A DNA stretch of 64,000 bases, from the NCBI RefSeq assembly GCF_013167455.1, contig NZ_CP038328.1; one strand, written 5' to 3'. Origin of the DNA: Escherichia coli O157:H7 (GTDB lineage: Bacteria > Pseudomonadota > Gammaproteobacteria > Enterobacterales > Enterobacteriaceae). The translations under genes and the position numbers were made by a program. The stretch's first letter is position 1; the number at the start of each line of letters is the position of its first letter. The notes beneath the pieces are model-generated. The model was not told the origin of the DNA. It saw nothing but the letters and a program-made list of their open reading frames with translations, and did not search any database. Below, in pieces: positions 49,684 to 63,363 of this stretch.

Positions 49684-50037
49684 TCAGCGACGACGGTTAA
49701 CGGCAGGCGGTACGCCCCGCCCAAGCCAGAGATGACAGCTTCCGCCATCATCCGTCGAAATCCGGTCTATCCAGAAGTTTTCCTCACCGATGGTCAGCGT
49801 GTCTCCACGCCGCAGTTGCCGCACATCATCAGTCCGGACAAACAGGGACGGGCTGGAGCCTTCAACACGCACGCCCTGTCCGGCATAGCTGATATTTTCA
49901 GGGTCATCAAAAACACCACGTATTACTGCGCCGGACTGCTCACCGGATGTCATGGTGGCTGACGTTCCCATGTACCCGCGTATCGTTTCATCGGCGCGGG
50001 CAATGGCAGCATCGAACAGGTTATCGAAATCAGCCAC
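49684..50037 (-). CDS. FII: Head-tail joining protein FII
   Basis: 117 aa MADFDNLFDAAIARADETIRGYMGTSATM... Confidence 0.93.
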   Translation of the reverse strand: MADFDNLFDAAIARADETIRGYMGTSATMTSGEQSGAVIRGVFDDPENISYAGQGVRVEGSSPSLFVRTDDVRQLRRGDTLTIGEENFWIDRISTDDGGSCHLWLGRGVPPAVNRRR

Positions 50038-50048
50038 AGCGCCTCCCG

Positions 50049-50447
50049 TTATTGCATTCTGGCCAGGCCGCGCTCTGTCATTTCGGCTGCCACACCGGCA
50101 GAGACACGAAACGCCGTTCCCGGCAGCACAAATGCCACAGGTTCATCCCGCGTGACGTGAAGTGCATCAGTATGCAGCTTCACCAGTGCCACGACCGTGA
50201 CCAGTTCAGACGTATCCAGAATCACGGTATCCGGCTGCGCTGATCCCACCTCATTTTCATGTCCGGTCAGCACATTTTCCCGGCTGAGAGGGGTGTCCTG
50301 ACCGGCAGTTTCATCCGTGTCATCAAGCTCCTCTTCCAGCTCTGCCACACGGAGCGCCAGTTCTTCTTTCGTCCCCGTCAGGCTGACATCACGGTTCAGT
50401 TGTTCACCCAGCGAGCGGAGACGGGCAATCAGTTCATCTTTCGTCAT
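50049..50447 (-). CDS. FI: DNA packaging protein FI
   Basis: ORF-track protein contains MTKDELIARLRSLGEQLNRDVSLTGTKEELALRVAEL...; start trimmed to give 132 aa. Confidence 0.9.
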   Translation of the reverse strand: MTKDELIARLRSLGEQLNRDVSLTGTKEELALRVAELEEELDDTDETAGQDTPLSRENVLTGHENEVGSAQPDTVILDTSELVTVVALVKLHTDALHVTRDEPVAFVLPGTAFRVSAGVAAEMTERGLARMQ

Positions 50448-50488
50448 GGACTCCTCCACAGAAAAACAATGGCCCCGAAGGGCCATGA

Positions 50489-51514
50489 TTACGCCAGTTG
50501 TACGGACACGAACTCATCAGGGTCAGCCAGCAGCATCAGCGGTGCTGACTGAATCATGGTGAACTCACGCGCCGGATCGCCGGTGGTCACCCAGTTTTTC
50601 GGGTAACGGGCAGAGGCGTTAATGCCTTCGCGCTGTGCGTCCGCATCCTGAATGCAGCCATAGGTGCGCAGACCGCGTGCCTGAGTGTTCCCCAGCACCA
50701 TCGTGTTGTCCGGCAGGAAGTTCTTTTTGACGCCGTTTTCCACGTACTGTCCGGAATACACGACGATGGCCACATCGCCATACATTCCCTTATAAGACAC
50801 CGCTTTGCCCAGGTCTTTTACCGCTGTCTCCAGTTCGGAATGAGAGCCGCGACGGGTATCCAGCTTCTCCCTGACGGCTTTGAAGGAACGGAACAGCGCC
50901 CAGCCTTTCGGGTCAAACACGATGATATTCACCACGCCGCTGGCGTTCAGCGCGTAGGCTTCGATATCGTCGGTCGGGTCATACGTGGACTTGTCACGCT
51001 TGCTCCACTCCGTGCCGCCGGACTGCGTGATGTTGTTCGCCGCACTGCGGCCCATATCCACCTCAACCGGATCGAAGGCTTCACCGGTCATGGTGTATTT
51101 GCCCTTGAGCACGGCAGAAACTGCCTGCATCTCTTCGACCTGAGCAATGGCCAGCTCTTCGTCACGCATGTTCTGCATGATGATGCGACGGCGGCGGTAA
51201 GCCGGGTCCGCCAGATTCTGCGGATCTTCATCCGGCAGGCGACGCAGGGTCATCTGCGGATTCACTTCATGCTTCGGCTTGACATATCCCGGCGTAAATT
51301 CAGAGGTGGAGCCGCCACGGGAACGGATAACCTCACCAGAAACAATCGGCGAAACGTACAGCGCCATGTTTACCAGTCCCGGAATTTGTGAGAGATAGAC
51401 TTTCTCCGTGGTGAAGGGATAGCTCTCACGGAAAAAGAGACGCAGAAACAGCGGATCAAACTTAAATTTCTGCTCATTTGCCGCCAGCAGTTGGGCGGTT
51501 GTGTACATCGACAT
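50489..51514 (-). CDS. E: Major capsid protein E
   Basis: ORF-track protein contains MSMYTTAQLLAANEQKFKFDPLFLRLFFRESYPFTTEKVY...; start trimmed to give 341 aa. Confidence 0.95.
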   Translation of the reverse strand: MSMYTTAQLLAANEQKFKFDPLFLRLFFRESYPFTTEKVYLSQIPGLVNMALYVSPIVSGEVIRSRGGSTSEFTPGYVKPKHEVNPQMTLRRLPDEDPQNLADPAYRRRRIIMQNMRDEELAIAQVEEMQAVSAVLKGKYTMTGEAFDPVEVDMGRSAANNITQSGGTEWSKRDKSTYDPTDDIEAYALNASGVVNIIVFDPKGWALFRSFKAVREKLDTRRGSHSELETAVKDLGKAVSYKGMYGDVAIVVYSGQYVENGVKKNFLPDNTMVLGNTQARGLRTYGCIQDADAQREGINASARYPKNWVTTGDPAREFTMIQSAPLMLLADPDEFVSVQLA

Positions 51515-51569
51515 AAAAAAATCCCGTAAAAAAAGCCGCACAGGCGGCCTTTAGTGATGAAGGGTCAGG

Positions 51570-51902
51570 TTAAACGATGCTGATTGCCGTTCCGGCAAAC
51601 GCGGTCCGTTTTTTCGTCTCGTCGCTGGCAGCCTCCGGCCAGAGCACATCCTCATAACGGAACGTGCCGGACTTGTAGAACGTCAGCGTGGTGCTGGTCT
51701 GGTCAGCAGCAACCGCAAGAATGCCAACGGCAGCACCGTCGGTGGTGCCATCCCACGCAACCAGCTTACGGCTGGAGGTGTCCAGCATCAGCGGGGTCAT
51801 TGCAGGCGCTTTCGCACTCAATCCGCCGGGCGCGGTTGCGGTATGAGCCGGGTCACTGTTGCCCAGCGGCTGGTAATGGGTAAAGGTTTCTTTGCTCGTC
51901 AT
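51570..51902 (-). CDS. D: Head decoration protein D
   Basis: ORF-track protein contains [42 protein letters not shown]... Confidence 0.95.
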   Translation of the reverse strand: MTSKETFTHYQPLGNSDPAHTATAPGGLSAKAPAMTPLMLDTSSRKLVAWDGTTDGAAVGILAVAADQTSTTLTFYKSGTFRYEDVLWPEAASDETKKRTAFAGTAISIV

Positions 51903-51911
51903 AAACATCCC

Positions 51912-53211
51912 TTACACTGGTGTGTTCAGCAAATCGTTAACGGCATCAGATGCCGGGTTACCTGCAGCCAGCGGTGCCGGTGCCCCCTGCATCAGACGAT
52001 CCAGCGCAGTATCACTGCGCGCCTGTGCACTCTGTGGTGCTGCGGCCAGAATGCGGCGGGCCGTTTCCACGGTCATACCGGGGGTTTCTGCCAGCACGCG
52101 GGCCTGTTCTTCGCGTCCGTGAGCCTCCTCACAGTTGAGGATCCCCATAATGCGGCTGTTTTCTGCCGCAACCGCAGCGGTGATCTGCGCGTTCACGTCC
52201 GGCTGCGCCGCGCTGGCGTTTTCGCCCTCCGTCGCTGGCACCACGCCAGTAACGTCAGCCTGCGAAGCAGTGGCTGAAACAGTTGTTGATTGAGTCTCTT
52301 TGGTCATTCGCCCTCCTGAGAGACGGGATTTACGTGCATCCAGTGCATCACGCATAACGGTGATCGCATCGGTGCTGTTGACAAGTTCATCAGCCAGTCC
52401 GGCATCAATGGCCTCCTGACCGCTGTACACTGCAGCCTCGGTATCCAGCACAGCCTGCACGGACAGGCCGGTATATGCCGACACCTTCTGCGCAAACATC
52501 CGGCGGGTTGCATCCATCCGGGACTGCAGTGTTTCCCGGACATCACCCGGTAGATGGCTGTAGGGGTTGCCATCCACCTTATGGCTGCCGCTGTAAATCA
52601 GCGTGATTTCCACGCCCTGTTTCTCCAGGGCAGCACCGTAATTACTGTGAGCCATCATGACGCCGATGGAGCCTGTCCGGGCGGTCTGCGTGACCAGACG
52701 CCGGGAGGCGGCGCTGGCAAGCAGCTGACCTGCACTGCAGTTCATGTCGTTGGCCAGCGCCCATACCGGTTTTATGTCTCGCACACGGGCGATGATGTCA
52801 GCACAGTCAAATGCTCCCGCCACCATCCCGCCCGGTGTGTCCATATCGAGCAGAATGCCGTCCACCATCGGATCGCTGGCAGCCTGTTGCAGACGGGCGA
52901 TAATGCCGTTGTAACCGGTCATTCCCGAATACGGCTGCAGCGCCCGCGTCCGGCTGACCAGCGTACCGGACACCGGCAGCACGGCGATGCCGTTCATGAC
53001 CTGATAACTCCGGGCCTGTCGTGGTCCGTCATCATCACCGGATAACGCCAGCGCCGCGGGTGCCTCTCCGGCAGTCAGGCTGTCGCCGGATACTGCATCC
53101 GTCAGGCGGCTGATCCCAAGCTGGCCTGCAAGCGCACAAAAGAAAACCCGCGCATAGGCGGGTTCAAGCATCAGCGGCTCATTAAAAGCCATGCTGGCAA
53201 TATGCGGGAGA

Positions 53212-53231
<20 letters not shown>
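51912..53231 (-). CDS. C: Prohead protease/minor capsid protein C (scaffold Nu3 nested in-frame in its 3' part)
   Basis: ORF-track protein contains (V)TAELRNLPHIASMAFNEPLMLEPAYARVFFCALAGQL...; start assumed at the GTG giving 439 aa. Confidence 0.85.
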
Positions 53232-56912
<3,681 letters not shown>

Positions 56913-56938
<26 letters not shown>

Positions 56939-57458
56939 TCAGCAACCCCGGTATCAGTTCATCCAGCGCGGCTGCTTTGTTCATGGCTTTGATGATATCC
57001 CGTTTCAGGAAATCAACATGTCGGTTTTCCAGTTCCGGAAAACGCCGCTGCACCGACAGGGGGATCCCGTCGAGAATACTGGCAATTTCACCTGCGATCC
57101 GCGACAGCACGAAAGTACAGAATGCGGTTTCCACCACTTCAGCTGAGTCTCTGGCATTCTTCAGTTCCTGTGCGTCGGCCTGCGCACGCGTAAGTCGATG
57201 GCGTTCGTACTCAATAGTCCCTGGCTGGAGATCTGTCTCGCTGTCCTGCCTCAGTTCTTCAACTTCCCGGCGCAGCTTTTCGTTCTCAATTTCAGCATCC
57301 CTTTCGGCATACCATTTTATGGCGGCGGCAGAGTCATAAAGTACCTCATTACCCTTGCCACCACCCCGCAGAACGGGCATTCCCTGCTCCTGCCAGTTCT
57401 GAATGGTACGGATACTCGCGCCGAAAATGTCAGCCAGCTGCTTTTTGTTGACTTCCAT
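56913..57458 (-). CDS. Nu1: Terminase small subunit Nu1
   Basis: 181 aa MEVNKKQLADIFGASIRTIQNWQEQGMPVLRGGGKGNEVLYDSAAAIKWY... Confidence 0.95.
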
Positions 57459-57635
57459 TGTTCATTCCACGGACAAAAACAGAGAAAGGAAACGACAGAG
57501 GCCAAAAAGCCCGTTTTCAGCACCTGTCGTTTCCTTTCTTTTCAGGGGGTGTTTTAAATAAAAACATTAGGTTACGGCGAAGAAGAACGGAAACGCCTTA
57601 AACCGGAAAATTTTCATAAATAGTGAAAAACCGCG

Positions 57636-57647
57636 AGGTCGCCGCCC
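57636..57647 (-). other. cosN: lambda 12-nt cohesive-end sequence (cosB lies between here and Nu1, cosQ on the other side)
   Basis: Plus-strand AGGTCGCCGCCC is the reverse complement of 5'-GGGCGGCGACCT-3'; surrounding sequence matches lambda cos as recalled. Confidence 0.85.
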
Positions 57648-57846
57648 CGTAACCTGTCGGATCGCCGGAAAGGACCCGCAAAATGATAATAATTATCATC
57701 TACATGTCACAACGTGCATCTACGCCATCAAACCACGTCAAATAATCAATTATGACGCAGGTATCGTATTAATTGATCCGCATCAACTTAACGTAAAAAC
57801 AACTTCAGACAATACAAATCAGCGACACTGAATACGGGGCAACCTC

Positions 57847-58041
57847 ATGTCAACGAAGAACAGAACCCGCAGAACAACAACCCGCAACATCCGCTTTCCT
57901 AACCAAATGATTGAACAAATTAACATCGCTCTTGATCAAAAAGGGTCCGGAAATTTCTCAGCCTGGGTCATTGAAGCCTGCCGTCGGAGGCTAACGTCAG
58001 AAAAGAGAGCATATACATCAATTAAAAGTGATGAAGAATGA
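57847..58041 (+). CDS. Small conserved protein at the phage right end (YlcI/DUF3950-like)
   Basis: 64 aa MSTKNRTRRTTTRNIRFPNQMIEQINIALDQKGSGNFSAWVIEACRRRL...; same position as the unnamed ORF near the lambda right end. Confidence 0.6.
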   Translation: MSTKNRTRRTTTRNIRFPNQMIEQINIALDQKGSGNFSAWVIEACRRRLTSEKRAYTSIKSDEE

Positions 58042-58205
58042 ACATCCCGCGTTCTTCCCTCCGAACAGGACGATATTGTAAATTCACTTAATTACGAGGG
58101 CATTGCAGTAATTGAGTTGCAGTTTTACCACTTTCCTGACAGTGACAGACTGCGTGTTGGCTCTGTCACAGGTTAAGTAGTTTGAATGATTAGCAGTTAT
58201 GGTGA

Positions 58206-58412
58206 TCAGTCAACCACCAGGGAATAATCCTTCATATTATTATCGTGCTTCACCAACGCTGCCTCAATTGCCCTGAATGCTTCCAGAGACACCTTATGTT
58301 CTATACATGCAATTACAACATCAGGGTAACTCATAGAAATGGTGCTATTAAGCATATTTTTTACACGAATCAGATCCACGGAGGGATCATCAGCAGATTG
58401 TTCTTTATTCAT
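58206..58412 (-). CDS. Hypothetical prophage protein (YbcW-like)
   Basis: 68-aa ORF in the bor-proximal region; family assignment from memory only. Confidence 0.45.
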
Positions 58413-58697
58413 TTTGTCGCTCCATGCGCTTGCTCTTCATCTAGCGGTTAAAATATTACTTCAAATCTTTCTGTATGAAGATTTGAGCACGTTGGCCTTA
58501 CATACATCTGTCGGTTGTATTTCCCTCCAGAATGCCAGCAGGACCGCACTTTGTTACGCAACCAATACTATTAATTGAAAACATTCCTAATATTTGACAT
58601 AAATCATCAACAAAACACAAAGAGGTCAGACCAGATTGAAACGATAAAAACGATAATGCAAACTACGCGCCCTCGTATCACATGGAAGGTTTTACCA

Positions 58698-59108
58698 ATG
58701 GCTCAGGTTGCCATTTTTAAAGAAATATTCGATCAAGTGCGAAAAGATTTAAACTGTGAATTGTTTTATTCTGAACTAAAACGTCACAATGTCTCACATT
58801 ATATTTACTATCTAGCCACAGATAATATTCACATTGTGTTAGAAAACGATAACACTGTGTTAATAAAAGGACTTAAAAAGGTTGTGAATGTTAAATTCTC
58901 AAGAAATACGCATCTTATAGAAACGTCCTATGATAGGTTGAAATCAAGAGAAATCACATTTCAGCAATACAGGGAAAATCTTGCTAAAGCAGGAGTTTTC
59001 CGATGGGTTACAAATATCCACGAACATAAAAGATATTACTATGCCTTTGATAATTCATTACTATTTACTGAGAGCATTCAGAACACTACACAAATCTTTC
59101 CACGCTAA
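58698..59108 (+). CDS. DUF1398-family prophage protein (YbcV-like)
   Basis: ORF-track protein contains [30 protein letters not shown]...; start set at the internal ATG with GGAAGG upstream. Confidence 0.6.
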   Translation: MAQVAIFKEIFDQVRKDLNCELFYSELKRHNVSHYIYYLATDNIHIVLENDNTVLIKGLKKVVNVKFSRNTHLIETSYDRLKSREITFQQYRENLAKAGVFRWVTNIHEHKRYYYAFDNSLLFTESIQNTTQIFPR

Positions 59109-59399
59109 ATCATCACGTCCGGTTTCTTCCGTGTCAGCACCGGGGCGTTGGCATAATGCAATACGTGTACGCGCTAAACCCTGTGTGCATCGTTATTAAT
59201 TATTCCCGGACACTCCCGCAGAGGAGTTTCCCTGTCAGGGCTGCGGACATAGTTAATCCGGGAATACAGTGACGATCCTTCGCATCTGACATACATTAAT
59301 AAATATTAACAATATGAGATTTCAACTCATTGTTTAGGGTTTGTTTAATTTTCTACACATACGATTCTGCGAACTTTAAAAAGCATCGGGAATAACACC

Positions 59400-59693
59400 A
59401 TGAAAAAAATGCTACTCGCTACTGCGCTGGCCCTGCTTATTACAGGATGTGCCCAACAGACGTTTACTGTTCAAAACAAACCGGCAGCAGTAACACCAAA
59501 GGAAACCATCACCCACCATTTCTTCGTCTCTGGAATTGGGCAGAAGAAAACTGTCGATGCAGCTAAAATTTGTGGCGGCGCAGAAAATGTTGTTAAAACA
59601 GAAACCCAGCAAACATTCGTAAATGGATTGCTCGGTTTTATTACTTTAGGCATTTATACTCCGCTGGAAGCGCGTGTGTATTGCTCACAATAA
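59400..59693 (+). CDS. bor: Bor lipoprotein (serum-resistance protein of lambdoid phages)
   Basis: 97 aa MKKMLLATALALLITGCAQQTFTVQNKPAAVTPKETITHHFFVSGIGQKK...; lipobox LITGC; opposite strand to lysis genes as in lambda. Confidence 0.93.
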   Translation: MKKMLLATALALLITGCAQQTFTVQNKPAAVTPKETITHHFFVSGIGQKKTVDAAKICGGAENVVKTETQQTFVNGLLGFITLGIYTPLEARVYCSQ

Positions 59694-59724
59694 TTGCATG
59701 AGCTGCCCATCGATATGGGCAGCT

Positions 59725-60186
59725 CTATCTGCACTGCTCATTAATATACTTCTGGGTTCCTTCCAGTTGTTTTTGCATAGTGATCAGCCTCTCTCTGAGG
59801 GTGAAATAATCCCGTTCAGCGGTGTCTGCCAGTCGGGGGGAGGCTGCATTATCCACGCCGGAGGCGGTGGTGGCTTCACGCACTGACTGACAGACTGCTT
59901 TGATGTGCAACCGACGACGACCAGCGGCAACATCATCATGCAGAGCATCATTTTCAGCTTTCGCATCAGCTAACTCCTTCGTGTATTTTGCATCGAGCGC
60001 AGCAACATCACGCTGACGCATCTGCATGTCAGTAATTGCCACGTTCGCCAGCTTCAGTTCTCTGGCATTTTTGTCGCGCTGGGCTTTGTAGGTAATGGCG
60101 TTATCACGGTAATGATTAACAGCCCATGACAGGCAGACGATGATGCAGATGAGCAGAGCGGAGATAATCGCGGTTATTCTGCTCAT
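59725..60186 (-). CDS. Rz: Spanin inner-membrane subunit Rz
   Basis: 153 aa with N-terminal TM and coiled coil; follows R. Confidence 0.93.
   Translation of the reverse strand: MSRITAIISALLICIIVCLSWAVNHYRDNAITYKAQRDKNARELKLANVAITDMQMRQRDVAALDAKYTKELADAKAENDALHDDVAAGRRRLHIKAVCQSVREATTASGVDNAASPRLADTAERDYFTLRERLITMQKQLEGTQKYINEQCR
59784..59966 (-). CDS. Rz1: Spanin outer-membrane lipoprotein Rz1, embedded in Rz in the +1 frame
   Basis: 60 aa [46 protein letters not shown]... with lipobox and Pro-rich segment. Confidence 0.9.
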   Translation of the reverse strand: MRKLKMMLCMMMLPLVVVGCTSKQSVSQCVKPPPPPAWIMQPPPDWQTPLNGIISPSERG

Positions 60187-60659
60187 ACCTCACTCTCTCT
60201 GACCGTTCCGCCAGCTTCTTTGAATTTTGCAATCAGGCTGTCAGCCTTATGCTCGAACTGACCATAACCAGCGCCCGGCAGTGAAGCCCAGATATTACTG
60301 CAACGGTCGATTGCCTGACGGATATCACCGCGATCAATCATAGGTAAAGCACCACGCTCTTTAATCTGCTGCAATGCCACTGCGTCCTGGCTTTTGGGGG
60401 AGAAGTCTTTCAAACCAAGCTGTTTACGGTAAGCATCCCACCAGCGTGAAAGAAGCTGATAACGTCCGGCGGCTGTTGATTTGAGTTTGGGGTGTAGCGT
60501 GACAAGTTTGCGAGGGTGATCGGAGTAATCAGTAAACAGTTCGCCGCCAACAATAACATCATAACCGTGGTTACGTGTCGGTTGTCGCCCGTTATCCGTT
60601 CCTTCTGACCACGCCAACATATCGAGGAAGGCTTTACGCTGAGGATTAAGATTTTGCAT
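60183..60659 (-). CDS. R: Endolysin R (lytic transglycosylase), lambda R-like with divergent N-terminus
   Basis: 158 aa; ...[20 protein letters not shown]...[18 protein letters not shown]... matches lambda R except the first ~7 residues. Confidence 0.93.
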   Translation of the reverse strand: MQNLNPQRKAFLDMLAWSEGTDNGRQPTRNHGYDVIVGGELFTDYSDHPRKLVTLHPKLKSTAAGRYQLLSRWWDAYRKQLGLKDFSPKSQDAVALQQIKERGALPMIDRGDIRQAIDRCSNIWASLPGAGYGQFEHKADSLIAKFKEAGGTVRESEV

Positions 60660-60963
60660 TTTTCACCCCTGTCAGTCGTTCCCAGAAGTACGTCAGTGCA
60701 ACCGAACCCATCGCACCACTAATCCCCGCTGTCGCGAGAATCATGTAAATACTGAATCCACTTTCGATGCTGATCAGGCCACCAATAACACCGGTGAATC
60801 CTGATACCACTATTTGAGCCAGAGCATTTATCCAACTCCACGTTGCTTTACTCTGCTTCACATCTATCAGGTAGCGGACCAGACCGCCCCAACCTGCGAT
60901 GATCAGCAAAACGAGCCAGAACGCTCCGGCAAGGCTCTCTTTTTCGTGCATATGAATAGCCAA
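60646..60963 (-). CDS. Holin (three-TM class, non-lambda S type)
   Basis: 105 aa with three hydrophobic segments and charged C-terminus; immediately upstream of and overlapping R; possible dual start MAIHM. Confidence 0.7.
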   Translation of the reverse strand: MAIHMHEKESLAGAFWLVLLIIAGWGGLVRYLIDVKQSKATWSWINALAQIVVSGFTGVIGGLISIESGFSIYMILATAGISGAMGSVALTYFWERLTGVKNAKS

Positions 60964-61164
60964 TGTTTCGCCGCCGACAAAAGGCCGGGACGTTAAATGT
61001 CAGAAATCAGGCTCACGGGGTAATTTAACGACAAAGCACGGAGTTGATGCTCCCCACAAGCCTGGAATAAAAAAGCCAGCATGTAGCTGGCAACAGAGGG
61101 CTAAGCAATATCAACTCAACAGCTGAAGACCCCCTGGCTGGGGTAGGTTGGAAGGCTACTCACC

Positions 61165-61205
61165 GTTCAGAAACAGAAAAGCCCAAGGCTTTAAACCTCG
61201 GGCTT
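61165..61205 (-). terminator. Rho-independent terminator between Q and the lysis genes (tR'-like)
   Basis: Minus strand AAGCCCGAGG-UUUAAAG-CCUUGGGCUU followed by UUUCUGUUUCUG. Confidence 0.55.
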
Positions 61206-61272
61206 GAATTTGGATTACTGCCAGTGCGTACAACATTGGCAAAATATCAGATTTACATAAAATATATGATTT

Positions 61273-61962
61273 TTAATCCAGTTTTGCAATATCTTGCTGT
61301 GAAAATGTGGTCTTTTGTTTTGAACGTGTTTTCGTTAAAAGCAATAAAGCTTGGCTATCAAGCTGTAGAAAAATGTGTTTCATTGCAACCCAGCGTTCAG
61401 TAAATGTCTCAGACCAGTTTTTTGATGTCACTCCCACCAGTGATGCCAGCTCCTGGTATTCATAGGTCTTACGCCCTGCCAGCTCGTTCTTCACATCCTG
61501 TGCCGCCAGCCAGATCAACTTCTTCAAACGTTCCAGTGTCTTACCTGCAATTTTCCTGGTACCCAACAGAGTCTTAAACTCGCTCCATGCCCACTGCGTT
61601 ATGGTGACCTGATGTTCCCAGCGAACACTTTCGCTGTAACTCCACAGCAACCACGCTTTCTGATGTTCTTCGAGAGACAGAACCGCGCGGCGCCATGACG
61701 AGGTTGAGAACTCAACCTGGCTGACCAGTGCAATGGATGAACCTTTTGCGTACGACTGCTTACCGGAAATCGGCGGATTATCCAGCGTAATCATCCTGCC
61801 AGTTACCTCATCCAGAATGCGCGGCTTCTTTCGTTTGTATGTACCAGTATCAAATTGTGCATGCTCCAGCCAGGCTTCAAGCTGTCCTTTCGTTGCTCCG
61901 CTCAAATCAGCGGTAGCCACAATGAGTTGCTCGCGGACATACTGTAAATATTGGGTATTCAT
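61273..61962 (-). CDS. Putative late-gene antiterminator Q (non-lambda type); assignment mainly positional
   Basis: 229-aa ORF between rusA/ylcG and the terminator-holin region; not similar to lambda Q as recalled. Confidence 0.5.
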   Translation of the reverse strand: MNTQYLQYVREQLIVATADLSGATKGQLEAWLEHAQFDTGTYKRKKPRILDEVTGRMITLDNPPISGKQSYAKGSSIALVSQVEFSTSSWRRAVLSLEEHQKAWLLWSYSESVRWEHQVTITQWAWSEFKTLLGTRKIAGKTLERLKKLIWLAAQDVKNELAGRKTYEYQELASLVGVTSKNWSETFTERWVAMKHIFLQLDSQALLLLTKTRSKQKTTFSQQDIAKLD

Positions 61963-62081
61963 GCGGCAGCTCCTTTCAGTGTTTTGGCGTAATTCTTCAG
62001 TATCCGGTAATCGGTCAAAACAGAACCAGGAAAACGATATAAGCGCAGGCGCATCCAGCGGTGGCGAAGACGTTCTGCCAT
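61959..62081 (-). CDS. Small protein YlcG-like (40 aa)
   Basis: Hand translation MAERLRHRWMRLRLYRFPGSVLTDYRILKNYAKTLKGAAA; stop overlaps Q start. Confidence 0.5.
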   Translation of the reverse strand: MAERLRHRWMRLRLYRFPGSVLTDYRILKNYAKTLKGAAA

Positions 62082-62095
62082 ATAAGACTCAAACA

Positions 62096-62458
62096 TCATT
62101 CATTCCCCAGTTCGGTGATGGTCAGCTCCAGCTTCCCACCTTTGGTAACGGGCATCTTCACAACACGGTAATCAACGACCTGAGCATCATCCAGCCAGAA
62201 ACCTGCTTTGGTGAGTGCGTCAAAAGCGGCTTTTTGCAGATTATCCAGGTCACGGCGACGGCGATCCGGCATGTGGCACTCAATACGGATTTTCACTGGC
62301 ATAGCCAGGCCGATATCCAGCATGGAGCCTTTGATGATTCGGGCGACGTTATCACGGTATGCCTGCCCTTCTGCGCTGATGTGCGTGCGCCCGCGATTAT
62401 GCCGGTAGTAGCGATTATTGCTCGGAGGCCAGGGTAATGTGATGCTGTAGGTATTCAC
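62096..62458 (-). CDS. rusA: Holliday junction resolvase RusA
   Basis: 120 aa [44 protein letters not shown]... Confidence 0.93.
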
Positions 62459-62745
62459 GCCTTAATAACCCCCTCTTTCAGCCAGATAACCTGTGTTCTC
62501 GCCATACCTTCCAGCGCGCATTCTTTTGCATATGCAGCATCGACAAAATGTGTGCGGCGGTCGATTTCGTCGTGGCAGGCAGAACATGCAATGGTGGCAA
62601 TCAAGTCTGGCGGTTTGGTACCGGTGCCGCACAATCCAGTCAGCCGGATATGTGCCAGTACAGACGTTTCAGGGTTGCCATTACATACGCCAGGGATTCT
62701 TACTTGGCATTCCCGACTACGCGCTGCTTTTCTCAAATCAGCCAT
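62455..62745 (-). CDS. DUF1364-family Cys-rich protein (YbcO-like, putative nuclease)
   Basis: ORF-track protein contains [42 protein letters not shown]...; start at the ATG with GGAGG 5 nt upstream. Confidence 0.75.
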
Positions 62746-62908
62746 GATTCCTCCTTGCTGCCAGTCGCAACCATTTTTTATCAACCAGGCTGGCGGTATA
62801 TCCGAGCAGTGTTGGTATTTCGGATGGCTTCAGCTCAGGTTTACGCTTACGACGATTTGGTACTTTGTAGATGTGTCCGTTCATGACACGAATAAGCGGT
62901 GTAGCCAT
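62738..62908 (-). CDS. ninE: NinE-like protein (56 aa)
   Basis: Hand translation [61 protein letters not shown] overlap with ybcN stop. Confidence 0.6.
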   Translation of the reverse strand: MATPLIRVMNGHIYKVPNRRKRKPELKPSEIPTLLGYTASLVDKKWLRLAARRNHG

Positions 62909-63363
62909 TACGCCTCCTGCTTGTCACGCAGCAGCTGGAACTCGCAGCTCTGTGGAATAGTCAGGTGGCAGCCAATATTCATCGCCCAGGCTTCAACCTT
63001 ACACAGGAAGACATACATCTCTCCGGTACCAAGATCGGAGGTATGGCGTAACGACTGGATAGTAGTGATTTCGCCGGTTACGACATCAACCAGGTCCTTG
63101 GTTTCATAACCGAGGTATGTGTGTTTGAGAGCATCTTTTACCCATGCTGAAGTAGCGAACGATTTCCCCCTGCTGATGAGGTATTCACTGATTTCGCTGT
63201 ACCACATGTGGCTGAGTGCATTCTGGGAAAGACTGCGTCTCTCGCGCCACGGTTTAAGCACCATGCGAAAGCATTTGCCGTCTTCCAGATAAGTCTGGAT
63301 CTGCTGACCGACAGCGGTGAAGTTACCGCGATGTAATTTGATGCCATCTTGTGGGAGGTTCAC
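62908..63363 (-). CDS. DUF1367-family protein (YbcN-like, DNA-binding)
   Basis: 151 aa [55 protein letters not shown]... Confidence 0.75.
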   Translation of the reverse strand: MNLPQDGIKLHRGNFTAVGQQIQTYLEDGKCFRMVLKPWRERRSLSQNALSHMWYSEISEYLISRGKSFATSAWVKDALKHTYLGYETKDLVDVVTGEITTIQSLRHTSDLGTGEMYVFLCKVEAWAMNIGCHLTIPQSCEFQLLRDKQEA

